Source: Bugula neritina (lineage: Eukaryota; Animalia; Bryozoa). Taken from it: a stretch of DNA of 64,000 nucleotides. Positions 1 through 40,800 of the stretch are shown in pieces. Below the pieces are notes generated by a model. It saw only the letters and a list, made by a program, of their open reading frames with translations. It did no database searches and was not told the origin of the DNA. Both the position numbers and the translations under genes were made by a program. The stretch's first letter is position 1, and every line of letters starts with the position of its first letter. The DNA lies in NCBI GenBank assembly GCA_964035545.1, contig OZ037766.1, positions 13,258,722-13,322,721 on the forward strand, read 5' to 3'.

Positions 1-163
1 AATCTGTTCAAAATTATTATATTTCTAAATTGATTATAATTATAGACGTTATAATTTTTTATAAATTTGATTCATAATAAGGCTTATTTGTTTCAAGCAA
101 TTTAACAGCATAACTCAGAACAGTTTCATCAAATTATTATGATGTGTGTATAATTATTATTAG

Positions 164-3100
164 GAGAACTACTGTCTGCTGCGTGTGAGGGCGGAGTTGC
201 CCACCCACCTGGATATCCATTGTGGACCATGCTATCTAGCCTGTTTATACTTATTTCACCAGCCTCACCTGCCTACAGTGTCAATATACTAACCTGCCTT
301 TGCTCTTCCATTACGTCATCGGTGCTATTCCTCGTATTTTATAGGTAAGTCAGCAAGACAACAGCTCCCACACAAGACATTACTGTTCTATGTAAATTTT
401 ACTCTTACCTTTTCAGGCATTTATTATCTAACTCAAGTGCATGCCCTAATTGTGCTATATGCCCTATATATTGTAGTCCATTTCCCACTTGGTTGGTCAC
501 TTTACTGTAGGTTATGATTATGATTGTACAACCATAATCACATTTAGTAATTGCGTCACTCATCATATATAACATGCGTTTAATGTTTTTGTAGTCCATA
601 ACTTTGGTTAGATTGATACTGTACTATTTTTCACATATTACATTTCAAAATATATTATGTTTAGCAATATGTGACGTACTTGGTACTTTTTTAGATTTTC
701 TACAAGTTGGACGATAAGTATGATCTGCACCTTCTTGTTTTCATTCGCTCCTTTAATGTGGACTTGGTCAATCACTGGCGAAGTATTTGCTCTGAATAAT
801 CTCCTCAACGCTGTAATAATTCTCGTTTTAGTTGAGTTTGAATTAGCAGAAAACAGAACTAGGAGGCATAAGGTAATTTCAGTTTAGCCACAAAATGTCA
901 ATTTTTTAGATGATTCACTATCTGGCACTATATCGTTATAGTATTCATTTATTCCTTCCATCAACCACCGTTTTATAATATGATTGTTTAACAGAATATT
1001 TTATTAAAAATGTTAAAAGCGCTTATTGTCGATATTGAAGCAATGTGATAAATATTTTCTTTGTTGCAGGCGGTACAGTTGGGTGCGCTTATATCGGGAC
1101 TAGCATTGACTAATCAACACACCGTCGTGTTGTTCTTACCAGCCATCATGTGTCGTGTAGCTTACCGTATTCATCAACTCAATGTAAGCAGTTTACTCTA
1201 CCAAACTCTCTCTGACATATAATGATAACCCCATTCATAAATAACATTAGTTATGATTGTCATCAGCTCATGTCACTCAGTATTTGTAAGGAATGTTTTT
1301 TAATTTAATTTGTTTTTCTTGGTAGATTATATCAGAAATCAAATGTGATAGTGTAAAATAAAATATTGAACCATCTAAAGCCATTTTTACAATGCTGTGT
1401 CCAGATGTAGCTTGACTTCAAATTTCCTTTTACCACAAAATTTTGTAACTACCGAATCATTTTAGAAATGCTGCTCAATCACAGGATGTGATAACTTCCG
1501 ATTAAATATTAGCCATTGATGAACTCACATCAACAAACTTTTCTATATTAGCTGCTGGTGAACTAAAGGCTTCATCATAATGATGGAGAAATGAGTTGTT
1601 TTCAACTGTTCAGCAATTGAGTTGCTAGGCTTCCTTATTTCAACCTTTTTTATTAGCAGTTCAACAAGATAATTTTTAGCAACTCTCTAGTAACTATAAA
1701 AGTGACAAGCCACTACTTTTAGAGAATGAAGGAGCTCTTGCAGATGAATCATTATTATAATTTACATGAAGTGTTTGGCGTAGGAAGTATATATACTTTT
1801 ATGTTGTGTTATAGCTGGAAGCAGTTTGTTTGCAGCTTAAACAACTATTTTACAGGAGCTAAATGTCAAGGTAATAGTCTCAGTTTTGGCTTTAGCCTGC
1901 GTTGGCCTCTCCCCATACTCGTACCTGGTTATCTCCTCATATAGAAATACTGCCAGATGGAGCTGGGGTGATCAAACTACACTTTTTGGTTTCTTCAAAC
2001 ATCTTCGACGGGAAGAATATGGCACATTTAAACTTGGGGTAAATCTGTGTGTACTCATATATCAAATAAAAGTTTCCTGTCAACCTGATTATGTATATGC
2101 AAGTCACATGAAGCCATTTTGAAATATTTTTCGACACTGCATCTCCACGGCTACATTCACATTGACATGCAGCTACAATCAGCTGTGCTTTTTAGCTTTC
2201 AACATTCATTAATTAACCTGACAGTCTATTATCAACCCTCACTGTCTTGTACCAAAGTTTTTATTCATTAGTTATACTGATTTATGCTGGGAAAAATACA
2301 TCAGCATATTTGGCACTAAGTTTTGTTTCAAAGAATAATATGATTTTTCTGCATTGAATCATGTTGTGTATAATTATATTGAAGTGTCTACATTTAGTCA
2401 TCTTCAGAAGAATTATATTGTCATATATCATGTAGAGTCAAGATGGGCAAGGCCTGGGCTTTGTAAGTAATCTCATGGAATGTAAACGAAGTCTTATATA
2501 CCAACTCACTCTGCCTGGGTACAGCCTTGCTTGTATTGGAATCGTCCAGACTTTTATTGAAAGGTATTATTTTATTTTATTTTTTTGCCATGATGTGTCT
2601 TTTGAAAACGTTTAAGTTAAAATGTGATAAATCTGCGCTTACATCTTTTGCTCATATAGAGCCTAAATGTTTTGGCTTCTATAGCTGTAATATTTTTTAA
2701 AGATCAACAGTGTTATATAAATGCATACGGCTCACTGCTAATTTTTAGGTAACTTTAAAGATGTGCTGTATGTGGTATATATTAGAATTAAATAAGCTGA
2801 GATTATGGGTTACTAAGACTCACACAGTACAATATTATTGGCATTTTTCTGCTCTTTTGTGTATTCATTTGAAATAATACATCAGTATTTGTTAGATCTG
2901 TTGAGCATACATTTAGAATTATATAAATGTTTGATTAAATACTATGTCATTTGTTTGAGTTTAACCATTTATTTAGTTATTCCTCGTCCATTTAGCTCTT
3001 TCCAAGAGCAGACTCTATTACATGCAATGAGATCTATAATTTTTTGGTTTTAGTAACAAAAGCTTACGCAGAGCCGCTCAAACAACCTTTGCCATGATGA

Positions 3101-6100
3101 TATGCTACATATCATTCTTCTGCTGGAGGGCCAACCTTGACATTAGTAAACCACTTATGCGTGAGGTTGTGGAACGATTCTGGTTGCAGCCGAACATTGT
3201 GTGGGTGATTCTCGTGGCCCTAGGGGCTAAGCTATTATACATCCAGTAAGTTGCTGCTACTGCTCACATATAGTGTGTATGTAATAGGTGTATTGCGTTC
3301 CCATTTATATTTACCCTTTGACGACATGTTGTAGAGATGCTGACAATGCACACAGCACTCACTACAAACGTGTGGTACATGTATTGTCAGCATGACTATA
3401 TGACGTAATATAGTGTGTAACGTTTGAAATTATATTGTTAATGCTTACCATTTAGTATGTCAGATTCACTAATTGCCCATACGTGGATATCAGTTCAACA
3501 GCGGCCAGTTTGGTTGAGGAGTTATCTTCACTTTGAACATTTTAGGAACGTTATTGCAATATTCTGTAGTTGTCTTCTCTTATGTGATTTATATGTAGGG
3601 ATGTGCAGTTACATTTAGTTGCTGCCTATTAATTATCATGTCACACATACATCTTCAACCATAACTGTAATTTTATTATTATATAGCTAGTCTATAACAC
3701 CTACAATCTCTTCAGCATGTAGAGCTTCAAATACATTGTTATTGTAAATAATATTAATATTTGCATCAGGTTTTTTATTTTCTTTCCAGACTTAATTTAA
3801 GATCATTCACACCTATGGTGACGAAGATTTCAGCAGTTCTATTAGTCCTAGTATTATGTTTGGTAAGTTTATATAGGCTAGCGACTAATGTTGTTATTCT
3901 ATATATTCAACAAAATTGCATCTGAACCTAAAAAAGCTATACTGAAAAATATAAAAAAAATGAAAGTTTCTTATACATGAATGTGTAGTGAGCGTAACAG
4001 GGTTTTTCAATTTAATCTAATTGTTTTACTGAATTGGGCCAAAATAACAATACTCACTGTGATAGGGTGAAGTTTATGTATTTTTTCACAGTTACAATGC
4101 TTATTGGTATTTCGTTCATAACTAGTGGTATTAGAATGCGTTGGAGGGTTGTGAGAAACCCTTTTTAGTTATACATTTATATGTAAATCTCTCAGAATAT
4201 ATGTTAAGGAGTGTAATAATATTTTTATTTTTAGCTGCAGTCTTTTTACATGTTTTCATCTTGTTAATATTCAATGTTTGCATGTGTCTACTCACAGCCA
4301 GCTAATGTTTATGACAGTCTACAAAGCATGTACTTATAAAATATAAATTTATGCTATTGCATGCATTGAAGACAAGTCAAATTATATATTCTGAACTGCA
4401 TTACATAATTTCAGTGTCTTCTGCATTTACATAAAAAGTAATTTAGTTGAGCAACAGTTTTGCTGAAACATCAATTTTTGCCTGAAATGTTCTACAAAAT
4501 ATTATAATTTAGCTTCAAAATCGCAAAATATTATTACACATTCAACTTGAAATTATAATAATAATGTATTAATCTGCATGTTCCATGGTCTTGTAATATG
4601 TAGTTCTTTTGCTGTACACCTCACCAATTCAGATTTAGATCAAAATATATTGTTTTACCACTGCGTTTCCATGACTTCGAACTATGCGAATGAATGTCCG
4701 GATTAATTGTGGTTTGCATTAACTTATAGTTGCGGTTTTATTCGATGTAACTATTTCCATTAGCCAAATGAAAAAATCCATTGCATAATTTGATAATGGA
4801 AACGTAGTGTATATGGCTTCAGAAGAGTTTGACTAGATTTTTGATACATAAATAAATATGATTCACTATTGTACAAGGCCAACTGTTGGTTGTGTAGTTG
4901 TCTAGTTAAGTTACTTTATTGCTAGTCATCCAGTTATCTCAAGGCTAGTAAACTTGTCGTCTAGCCTAAGTAGGCATAAAAAGCCTGTTTAATGGAGTAT
5001 TTGTATGTAGAGTCGGGGCTGGAACCTGTGTAACCACTCCAATGATGTCACAGTCAAAGATTTCGCTGACACAATTATAACATCACTTCCCAACAATTCT
5101 CTGGTCTTGACTAAAGGTGATCTGCCATCTGGTTCCCTGAGGTTTGTGTTTTGACCATATTCTAGGTTAACTGAAATTGATATAGCAAAATGTTGAGCTC
5201 GGGTTGACTTATAGGTTATCATGGTTGACTTTCTTTTTTATTTTCATTTAAATGGTTTTATTTTTTGTTGCTAGGTTATTCGGTTTTAATTGTTTGTATC
5301 AATGTTATACAATAGCATATTTTAACTCATCTTAATTATATTATAGCCACCATTTGTAGTCACTATTTGTTGACACTATTACAGTAATAATTTTATACAG
5401 GAACAGTGTGCTTCGCTGAGTATATTATAATGGTCATTATTATGTAGGTATTTGCAGTTTTGTGAAGGGCGCCGTGCAGATATCACTCTAATAGAGCAAG
5501 AGTTGATGACGTATGAGTGGTACATACCTAAAATGAGGCACCTGCTACCATCTGTCAAATTCCCCGGTGACAGGTGGTACAATGTTGTTGGAAAGACTAC
5601 TGCTGGTATTCAAACATTCAACATGCTGCTCTTTCTTAATTCCAATATTGATAAGCGGTTAGTATGCATGTTCTGAAGAGAATCATCAATGCATACCAAA
5701 TTTATGTAAAATTCTTGTAAAAATATGGTGTGCTCTATACTTAAAAAATCTCTTTTAGCAGGTTCTCAACATTTTATTATATATGCAATAATAGATTACA
5801 AATGCTAGTTGCTATTTTTTGTATTTTTACGACCACGATATTATTTTCAAATATGTTTAATCAGACATTTTATTTAAAGCTCATAAATATAAAGAAAAAC
5901 ATGACCATACTTTTCCAGGCCAGTATTTGTGTGCATTGGTATGCAAGAGCAAGAGAATTCATGGCAGTCGAAATACAAACTCCTTCCTTATGGAGCCTGT
6001 CATCAAGTGGTCTCTGAGCATAGCCAGTGGGTTGAAAGCTGGCATCCATATAAAGATACGTGGACCACAAGCTATCACAGGTCTCTATTTATCAAATGTT

Positions 6101-8140
6101 AACATAATTATATTGTTTTTATTTTATGTGCAGTATATAGGAGAAAGCTAATTTGTAATTTTAGACATCTTGTTTCTGTAATGGAATCGCTAATATTAAT
6201 GTTTTCTGTCACTTGCCACTTTTTTATTATTAAAAAACTGAAGATTTGTTAAATTCAACCAACATCATATTCTTACACTGAAGAAATATGCAAGCGTACA
6301 TAATGTGTTTAAATAACACTTTTACCCTCCTATGAAATGGACTTTATTGTCTGCTGCACGCATCATCATGCAAGGTTGAGATAATTTTTTGATTTCTAAT
6401 ATAAAAAGATGCTAGCTAAGTGAAATCCTTGGATGTATCAAATAATGTTCACTATTTTTAGATTTCCTAAAGGATCATGGGAAGATGTGGCTAATGAAGA
6501 AATGTGGAATGCAAAGTGAGTTTCAGTACAATTTCTGTCATACTGTTTACTCTCACTGCTGCTAGTACAATGTTTCTACTCTATAAGTGATCAACTATTT
6601 CCCTGTACTAATATACATATGGAAAAGCTTGAAGCTTTATTGAAAGGAATAAGCTTTTACTGGAGGGTCCTTTTTTAGTTATGAAGCTCACCAAAGCCCA
6701 TCATGTAGTGTCCTATACTTGCACTGAATACTAGTGTTTCTCTAGTGTAATCACAACTATCGTAGCTAGCAATGCTGATGTTAACAGTGTTGCTAAAGTT
6801 CTTGTGCCACTTGGCAGTTTTGATCATAAGAAAGTTTAAGGCTTACTTCTTGTAGCGTAGATAATACATTGTTCTTTATTAAAATATATTCCACAATATA
6901 GGGAGGCAAATTTACTCAAGAAATATGATTAAGTTATTACTCAACCTGAGGTTCATGAAGTTCCTTTGCTTTTTATCACATGCAGTTTATATTTTTGATG
7001 TACATACCAAGTAACTCTTAACAGTTATAGCAATGTGAATTTTTCACTACACTCACATCTGTTACTACATATACATATATACTATTATTTCTGTTCTGTT
7101 CTGTTCTTATATGTATATTATTATCGTATATTATTATCATCCCTAGTGATAAGTAAAGCTTACTCACTCGCTTTGCTCATAACAAGTAACCAGTTGAATA
7201 AATGGCTGTATTGTAATTAAGGTAGCATGCATCATAGCTAGAAATCTAGTGCATTCAACATATTTAAGTTCATACTTTTCTAGAATATCTAAAGCCATGT
7301 TCCTGTATCAACTTGCTTCAGAATCTCAAAATCCTGAGCATCAAGCTAACATGTACAAAGAATCGTATGTGGTAAGTAGTTTATGTTACTGTAAGTGTTA
7401 CTTCAACTGTGATAACTGACTCAGTTAATCTTCTACTTAATGTACGCCCAACAGAAGCTCACTTGTTTGTTGTATTAATGACCAATTTTCAAATATGTGG
7501 TAATATGTATAATAATAAATTACTATCAAGTGTAATGCTATTAAATGGAATTATAACTCCTGACATCAAGTGCTATTATATCATTATATTGGTATTCATC
7601 GGGATAATATGTAATGTTTTATTTATAACTTAGTGTCACCATGTGTCTATAATAACTCATGCAAGTTTATAGTCACTATTTCTTTGAGAAACCCTTGGTG
7701 GAAAGGAGCTTTTTAAGCGGGCTAAAGACTTATTCAGATGGGGTACAGGATCAATTATTTGATGCTCTTCCTAACATCACCTATGACCTTTGTCAGGGTT
7801 CAAACCCATGACTTCGTGCTTACTAGGCAAACGCTGTAACCCCTAGACCACGGCTGCTCCCTCACCATGTGTCTGTATATGAGCCTAATAAAGAGCTGTT
7901 ATGGTGTTGCAGGCATACTCACACGTTATGAACACCCATCAAGAGGTACCTGCATACTTTCACAAGAACTATGCTCTTGTCTGTGAGAAGCTAGCCAGGA
8001 CGAGTAAAGGTGAAAAGGTCAAGGCTCTTCTAGCGGATACTGTTAAACACTTTGAGCTGTATATCCCGTTGGGGGGAGATGATCCCCAGATAGAGGCTAT
8101 ACAAGATGCTGTGGAGTCCATCAGAGCTCAGTTAGCATAG
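164..8140 (+). CDS. TMEM260: TMEM260 homolog (DUF2723, GT-C fold protein O-mannosyltransferase), 5' end upstream of window; exons 164-344, 695-872, 1070-1183, 1856-2038, 2436-2563, 3054-3245, 3790-3862, 5011-5141, 5448-5657, 5919-6080, 6462-6515, 7284-7371, 7913-8140
   Basis: Spliced translation gives TMEM260-type motifs in order: [131 protein letters not shown]. Introns are GT-AG with compatible phases; stop TAG at 8138-8140. Confidence 0.92.
4659..4809. mobile_element. Short MITE-like element (~150 bp) with imperfect terminal inverted repeats, intronic
   Basis: Left end cactgcgtttccat pairs with right end atggaaacgtagtg; imperfect complementarity continues for about 35 bp; no ORF inside. 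Confidence 0.55.
7654..7861 (-). mobile_element. tRNA-derived SINE, copy 1, with 13-bp target-site duplication
   Basis: Minus strand begins gggagcagccgtggtctaggggttacagcg (A-box-like) with gggtttgaaccc (B-box-like); shares core gatgctcttcctaacatcacc with four other copies; flanked by direct repeat tcaccatgtgtct at 7636-7648 and 7862-7874. Confidence 0.85.
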
Positions 8141-10735
8141 TTAGTTCCATTATCTATTGGTCTTTGCTGGCAGTTGTAGGCTCTGATTCTTTATTACTTT
8201 CTCAGTGACTTGCTTCAAGATGTGTTTCTATAAAGTTGACAATATTTTAGTTTAATTTTTTAGTTCTGATGTTCCAACTTTTAGAAGAGCAGTAATATTT
8301 GATAGTTTTTATTTATTTCCGAAATCTTAAAGTTTCACACATCTTCCGACTTTCTTATGGCTATGGCTATATTTTGTCAGTGGCAGTAGTTTGTCACCCC
8401 ACACTGCTCAAACTTTAGTCATTATACTTGAAATCTCAACTTTAAACTTCATTTTTGTTTTATGTAAAGCAAGTAGTTCTCCTATACAAGCGGGTGAACT
8501 TTTTTACAGTTGTTCAGCATTTTAGCAATCTCAGTATATTAAAAACTTGTGTTCATGTTGGTAAACAATATTTTTGTAAATAATTATGCTTAACTATAAC
8601 ATCTTTAAAGCTGATATTTTTCCAGCTTTTAAAATAATATATTTTAATTTTTAAAACGATCATTCTCAATATGATGATGACTTTTAGATATCTAAGTTGA
8701 CATATACTTGGCTAGCTCTCAATATGGTTAAGAATAGAAATACCTAATTTGTAGAAAGTGTTAGCTTTATGTCATTAGATTTATTTCATAATTTGTTGAT
8801 ATTTGTTTTTTGCAATAATTTTGTTTTCCTCTTAATTATTATTTAAATGTGTACTTTGGTTCCATGCTAGATGTTTATACTCAACTCAGATTGCCTGTGG
8901 TCAATTCATATTTATTAGAGAAGCATGTAGTTGCAGCAACTTGCCAAACAAACTGAACCAGGATTTTATTAGAAAATCATCTATGCAAATGTAAACAGTG
9001 AATATTATATTATTCAACTTTAAACTATTGGTTAATAAAAATTTAAATATTTGAAATATTCAAAGAAATTATTTAAAATTCAAAAATTAAGCAGCAAGAA
9101 TTATGTTTTTCTATGGCTTCAAATGTTTTATAACTCACAATAGGAATCTAATTTGGTGCTAGTTATTATTATTTCGAAGTACTTTTTTATTTACAATTGT
9201 TAATATAAATAATTATGAACCACTTAAAACATTGTGTCAGAATTCTAACATTAATTTTTATTTACTCTATCAAGTTAAATTGATAAACTCCTAAAATATA
9301 ATATATCCTGAACAACTTTTTTCAGCTTCGTTTAACACCCCAGTGAACTCGACTTACCTAGCTGAAGCTACAACATTTATGACACTTGTCACTGTATCTT
9401 ACCATAAAGATGTTGACTAATATTTGTTATTGAATCTTTGGAATATTTTTAAAAAAATTTTCCATCCCTCAAGTAAGTTGGAATTTCAATGCAATAATCA
9501 TGCAATTATTAGAGAAGAGTTAACCAGGATTATACTTGACATTGGATCTAAACTTCATTGTGATTGAGACAGATAATCAAACCAATGAAATATATATTTT
9601 ATATACATAGAAATATGACTAGACTTTTATAATTTTGGACTTTGAAACAAAAGAAATTTGCCAATTTTGAAGTATTGCATGTTAGTGCATAGGTATAGTT
9701 TTTACCAAAGAGCTCTCAAATATCAAATTTTTGCATAATAAAAGCAAAAGCTAGGCTTTGCCTGCAACCCTTACAACTGCTATAAAACCTGAAGCTGCAG
9801 ATAATGTGTGTAAGGTGTGGGGCTGCTAAACTATACTTATCAGAAATATTCAAAGTAGTTTGAGCTGTTTATTAATTATTCCATCAGCTGGTAGAAGCTA
9901 AAAGGCAACTACATTAAGTATGTCTATGAGTGGCAGGTCGTGCAGTTGATTGTGAATTACATCACGGTGTTGCAGTGATTAAACTAAAACAATATCAACA
10001 AAATTCAAGGCTGCAGCCTGTGCTTATGGCTTTATTATTATTTGTTTTTTGAAGCAACAAAGCATACAACTAAGTATGTTGATATTTATTTTGATTTACA
10101 ATAGAATTAATTTGAAAACTTAAAACCCTTTATACATCACATACAATGTGGTTGCGACAATAGATGTGCTTTGTTCAGTATGGATAGAAATAATGAGCAG
10201 CTTTACTGCAGTTTTATTCTTTAAATGATTTTTAAAGTTAGTTATAAGCCTACCATGCAACGAAAAAATACACTAGAACTGATTTGTTTGATATATTGGA
10301 GAATAATAGTTAAAAATCATTGTCCAGCCATAATATGGTGGTGCCTCCTTCATGCAATCTCCTTCTATTATACAATCTACAAACAAACGATCTACTAAAT
10401 TAATTTCTAACTTTGAATTAATATTCAGCAGTATTATAAATAGCTGTAGAAAGGTGTCTGGTTACAAATTCAATGCACATACAAGCGGCTAAGCAAACAT
10501 AAAGCTGGTTCTAAGTGGGGTGGGTTATGTTAAAACACTCGTAGCTGCGTTGTGCGTCATATTATTCCCTTTTAGATTCTGCTTTGTACATTGCTGGACT
10601 TCAAAGAGTTATGGCATTAGGCTCATGTCAGCACTGATTGCTATTCATTTGCCGTCTTTCTAGGTTGCAAATTTTCAACCATATAGTCTATGTATTTACT
10701 GGCTATAGAAGCAGATTTTTAAACTGTAGTACAAC

Positions 10736-36934
<26,199 letters not shown>

Positions 36935-37878
36935 ACAATTCCAAATATTTAGCAGTACAAAAAGCATACAAAAATAACATTCATAATGTGTATTAATTAA
37001 TCTGTAGTCAAGTATCTTACATTGAATACTTATGTGTGCAAAACAAAAGACTTTTTTCTCACTTTTTTCCAACAATTAACTATTAACAGCTATAATAACT
37101 ATAGTATAAGCATAGTGAAAACTAGCATGTATTTTTTAATAGCTACATATACTAAGTAGCAGTGAAATTTAAGCTGTAGTAGCAATATATTTGTTCTGTG
37201 AAAGTCATATGTGTCAAACTAAAACAGCATTACAATATGTAATTTGTATTTATTTGTAGATATTGTCAAAGATGATGTTATACTTATTATGGTGAGTATT
37301 TTGATAAATTGTTTGACATCATGTAGATGTGTAACAACCTGATATGACCAGTACTAGTAATACCTTTATAGTGACAACACGATTGTGTCAAGCTTTATGT
37401 CCAAATATTAATAATTTATTACCAATGACAAATGTTTTTACCAGTTTTCCAAAAATATTTTTGTAGGATTGCGCAAATTTTTTGTAATTTTCTATAGTGT
37501 TGTTGTGTTTTTATAACATTATATTTTCTCCAATCATAAAAAAAATTTCAGCAATTGCTTTAATATTTTATTTTATCAATCCTATGTTCATGACAATCAT
37601 GTTTTAATTATTGCTAAGAGTTTCAGTAATAAAAGTAATTGTTGGAAAAATAATGTAATGTAATCTATCAAAAGTTTTGTCAAAAGCAGTTTTCATTTAC
37701 TATATACATACTTACATATAACTCTCATATATTTGTATCTGTATTTATTGCTAAATTATTAGTATGTTGCATTAAATGAGCTTTATCTTTTTTTGATGTT
37801 AATAAATTGTGATGTATTTTTCCTGCTCAGTTCAATATTTTCTTCAACACTCCACCTTTCAGCAAGTCTTTTGTTTTC

Positions 37879-40800
37879 TCACCCATGTTGCTGAGTTGGT
37901 ATAGCAATAGTTGGTAGCAGGTTGACTTCAACTGTAGCTCCTTCACTCAGCAAACCAATTGTTGGATAAAGCTCAGGGCTATTTTCTGCCAGTTTGATGT
38001 ATTCAGTTCCAATTAATTGATTATTTACTGTGATGAAAATCTACAATTATATTATATTAAGACAACATTGAAATTATTGTCTTTTCAGTTTATATTTGTT
38101 TATTAATTTCAAAATTTACACAGTTTGTTGTCAGACATATTGATTACCAACAAGTGAAAAATAAATAATAGCAATTCATTAATCAACAGTTTTCTTGTTG
38201 CTGCAGTTACTATAAGTCTGTGTCTGTAATTGTACAAACAACTTGCTGTAACACATACTTTGGCATAGCTGTTTGTGTCACAGTCACTCTCATCTGCCTG
38301 TCTGTACGCCAATATTGGCCCGAGCTCTTCCATTCCATCAGTTTTCTCTGACTTTATGTATTTCCACATGTTACTAAACAGCACCCCACAACCCACTTCA
38401 TCCCCTAAATAGTTGCATCAATTTGAGATAAATAGAACATTTTTGATCATCAAGAGATTTAGAACATTACTAACCTCTACTTGATATTCATTGAAAATTA
38501 AAATAATCAGAAAGCTAACTCATACACAAAAGGGTGCATCGATTTATACACTAACAAGTTGTACTTGAAATAAAGTTATAAGCCAGAAAAAAATTAACAA
38601 CACAGAAGTCAATTATAAAACATATATAACAATGTGTCTTGTTATACCTGCTTGTAATGTTGGTCCAAATAATCTGTCACCGTTTGTACCAAGATAAAGT
38701 CTGCCATCATCTAAGTGTTCAAAACAGACTATCAACGTTATAAAGGAAACAATTACCACACAGGAAGAACTTATAAAGCTAACAGTAAAAAAATTTCTGT
38801 TTGAAACTTTCCACGTATGCAATCAATTGGGAATTTTCCAACAATTATTGTTAATAAAATTCAACAATGGAGTATAATTTGTAACAAAGAAACATTTGCA
38901 TCGTTGATTTTTTGCTCTTGCAACCAACTATTTCATGTAAGTTACAAAAAATGTTGTATACATTTCATATATGATGAGTGTTATACAGGTAAGCTTGATT
39001 TTGGATTTTTAGCTCATGCAAGTTGAACATTGTTGCCTAACAAATAATTTACACTTTCAGGGCTTGAGTTTTTATTAATTAAAGCATTAATAAATTGCTT
39101 TAAAGTATAAAATATTTAAAAAAAGTTAAATATAAATGCTAGCAAATCTGCGAGGCTGTAATTTTGAAAACAAGGATTGATTGCAGCAAAGGTCACTTAA
39201 TTTTAGTGTATCATATGTGTTGCTTATTATAGTGTATCATATGTAATGCTAGTGTATTGTAGGTATTGCTAGGTTATTTTAAACTCACCTGCATGGTAAC
39301 CAACTGAAGTACCCACCCAGCCTGGCATTTGAAAACATGGGTATGACTACAAAAAAGTTATAACAATTACAGCCAATTCTGAAAGACTTCATTTCTTTCC
39401 AAAGAAGGTTGTATTTGTAGTTACCTATTAGCATAAACTAATTATAAATTACATAAGTTTTAGACTTATAATACCATTTGACACTGATAATAAGGTTCAG
39501 TTTCTTAAGAGTAAAGACAGAAAATTAAAAATGACAGAGCTTAAAAAGTTTAATTGAATTTAAGATTAAGTAATTTAAATATTGTGATTCAAAACTCCAT
39601 GTACTATAAAATTGTTTCACTTCCAGGGCTTTGGCACCACTTTACATAGAACCTAACTAAGGATCTATTATGATATCGTCAAAATTATAAACTAAATTAT
39701 GAACGGCTACCATGTAGGACTACAGCCGTCTAGGTGAGAAAAGTGAGGAATATACTAATATACTAATACAGTGCTGATCTCCTACATTCTTATATTAAAC
39801 TTTGTGAGCTTTACACAGGAAAACAAACAACAATTATGTCAAAGTTTAACATAGGTAGATTTACATAGGTATTTAGAGTAGTGAAATAATGTAACTATAT
39901 TCATGTAGGTAGATTATTATAAGTGAATCAATAAGATAATAATATACAGTCTCTCCTAAAAAGTGCAGGTAGCAAACTGATAACCAGGTCTGAATACACA
40001 AGCAACATACTGCATGCTACCAGATTTTATTTTATCTTTTTTTTATATTTTTACTAAGTCCATTCTAGCTTATCAGTCTCTAGCATGAATACATTGCAAA
40101 GTACTAAAATACACTCAGCCTGCTCACCATATGCACATCAGCTAATCTTTGGGGCACCCTAAGCAACATGGCTACCGTTTACAACTCATACACTTGCCTT
40201 GGAGGCTAGTCCAATAGCCACGTAGTTCTCTAATCCCGGGTTTAGGAGTTGGACTGTAAAGTAGTAGTTGCTAGGGTTGAGAGGGAATTTCCCCTGAGCA
40301 AAGGATACACTCCTGGCATCTCTGAGGGTACTACCAGCATAGCTCAGTACTCTGCCCTGCAGCACAGACAGGTGAGTTTAATTGTCACATCTTCTACATT
40401 AATGTTTGTACTCAAAGTTTATTGTTTTTGTACAGTATAGTGTTATATATATATTGTCTATAGTGAACAAGAAATAGTTTATTATTATCAGTTTATATTT
40501 TATAAATGTTTCAAGTTGACAAAGCAAATATAGAATATAATAACATTATAGTTTTTTGTTATAATATTTCAATGTTACCAAGTTTTAAATTTTACTGTAT
40601 ACAATATACTTGTCTAGGAATACTTATTAGGCCTATAGTTAAGTTGTCAAAAGATCTTAAATTATGATGTTTTTCAGTATATAATGTAATAATTTAGTTT
40701 AATATGAATTTTATATCATATTTGTTTAATCCATTCTTCTAGTGTGAATGCTGTCTACAACTGTGCTATAAAGTATTACAGTATTACAAAAACAATACTT

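Noticed and set aside
9781-9925. TATA box and non-coding first exon of the chitinase gene
   Set aside because: TATAAAA is frequent by chance in such AT-rich DNA. An acceptor just before the ATG suggests a 5' UTR intron, but its upstream exon cannot be located.
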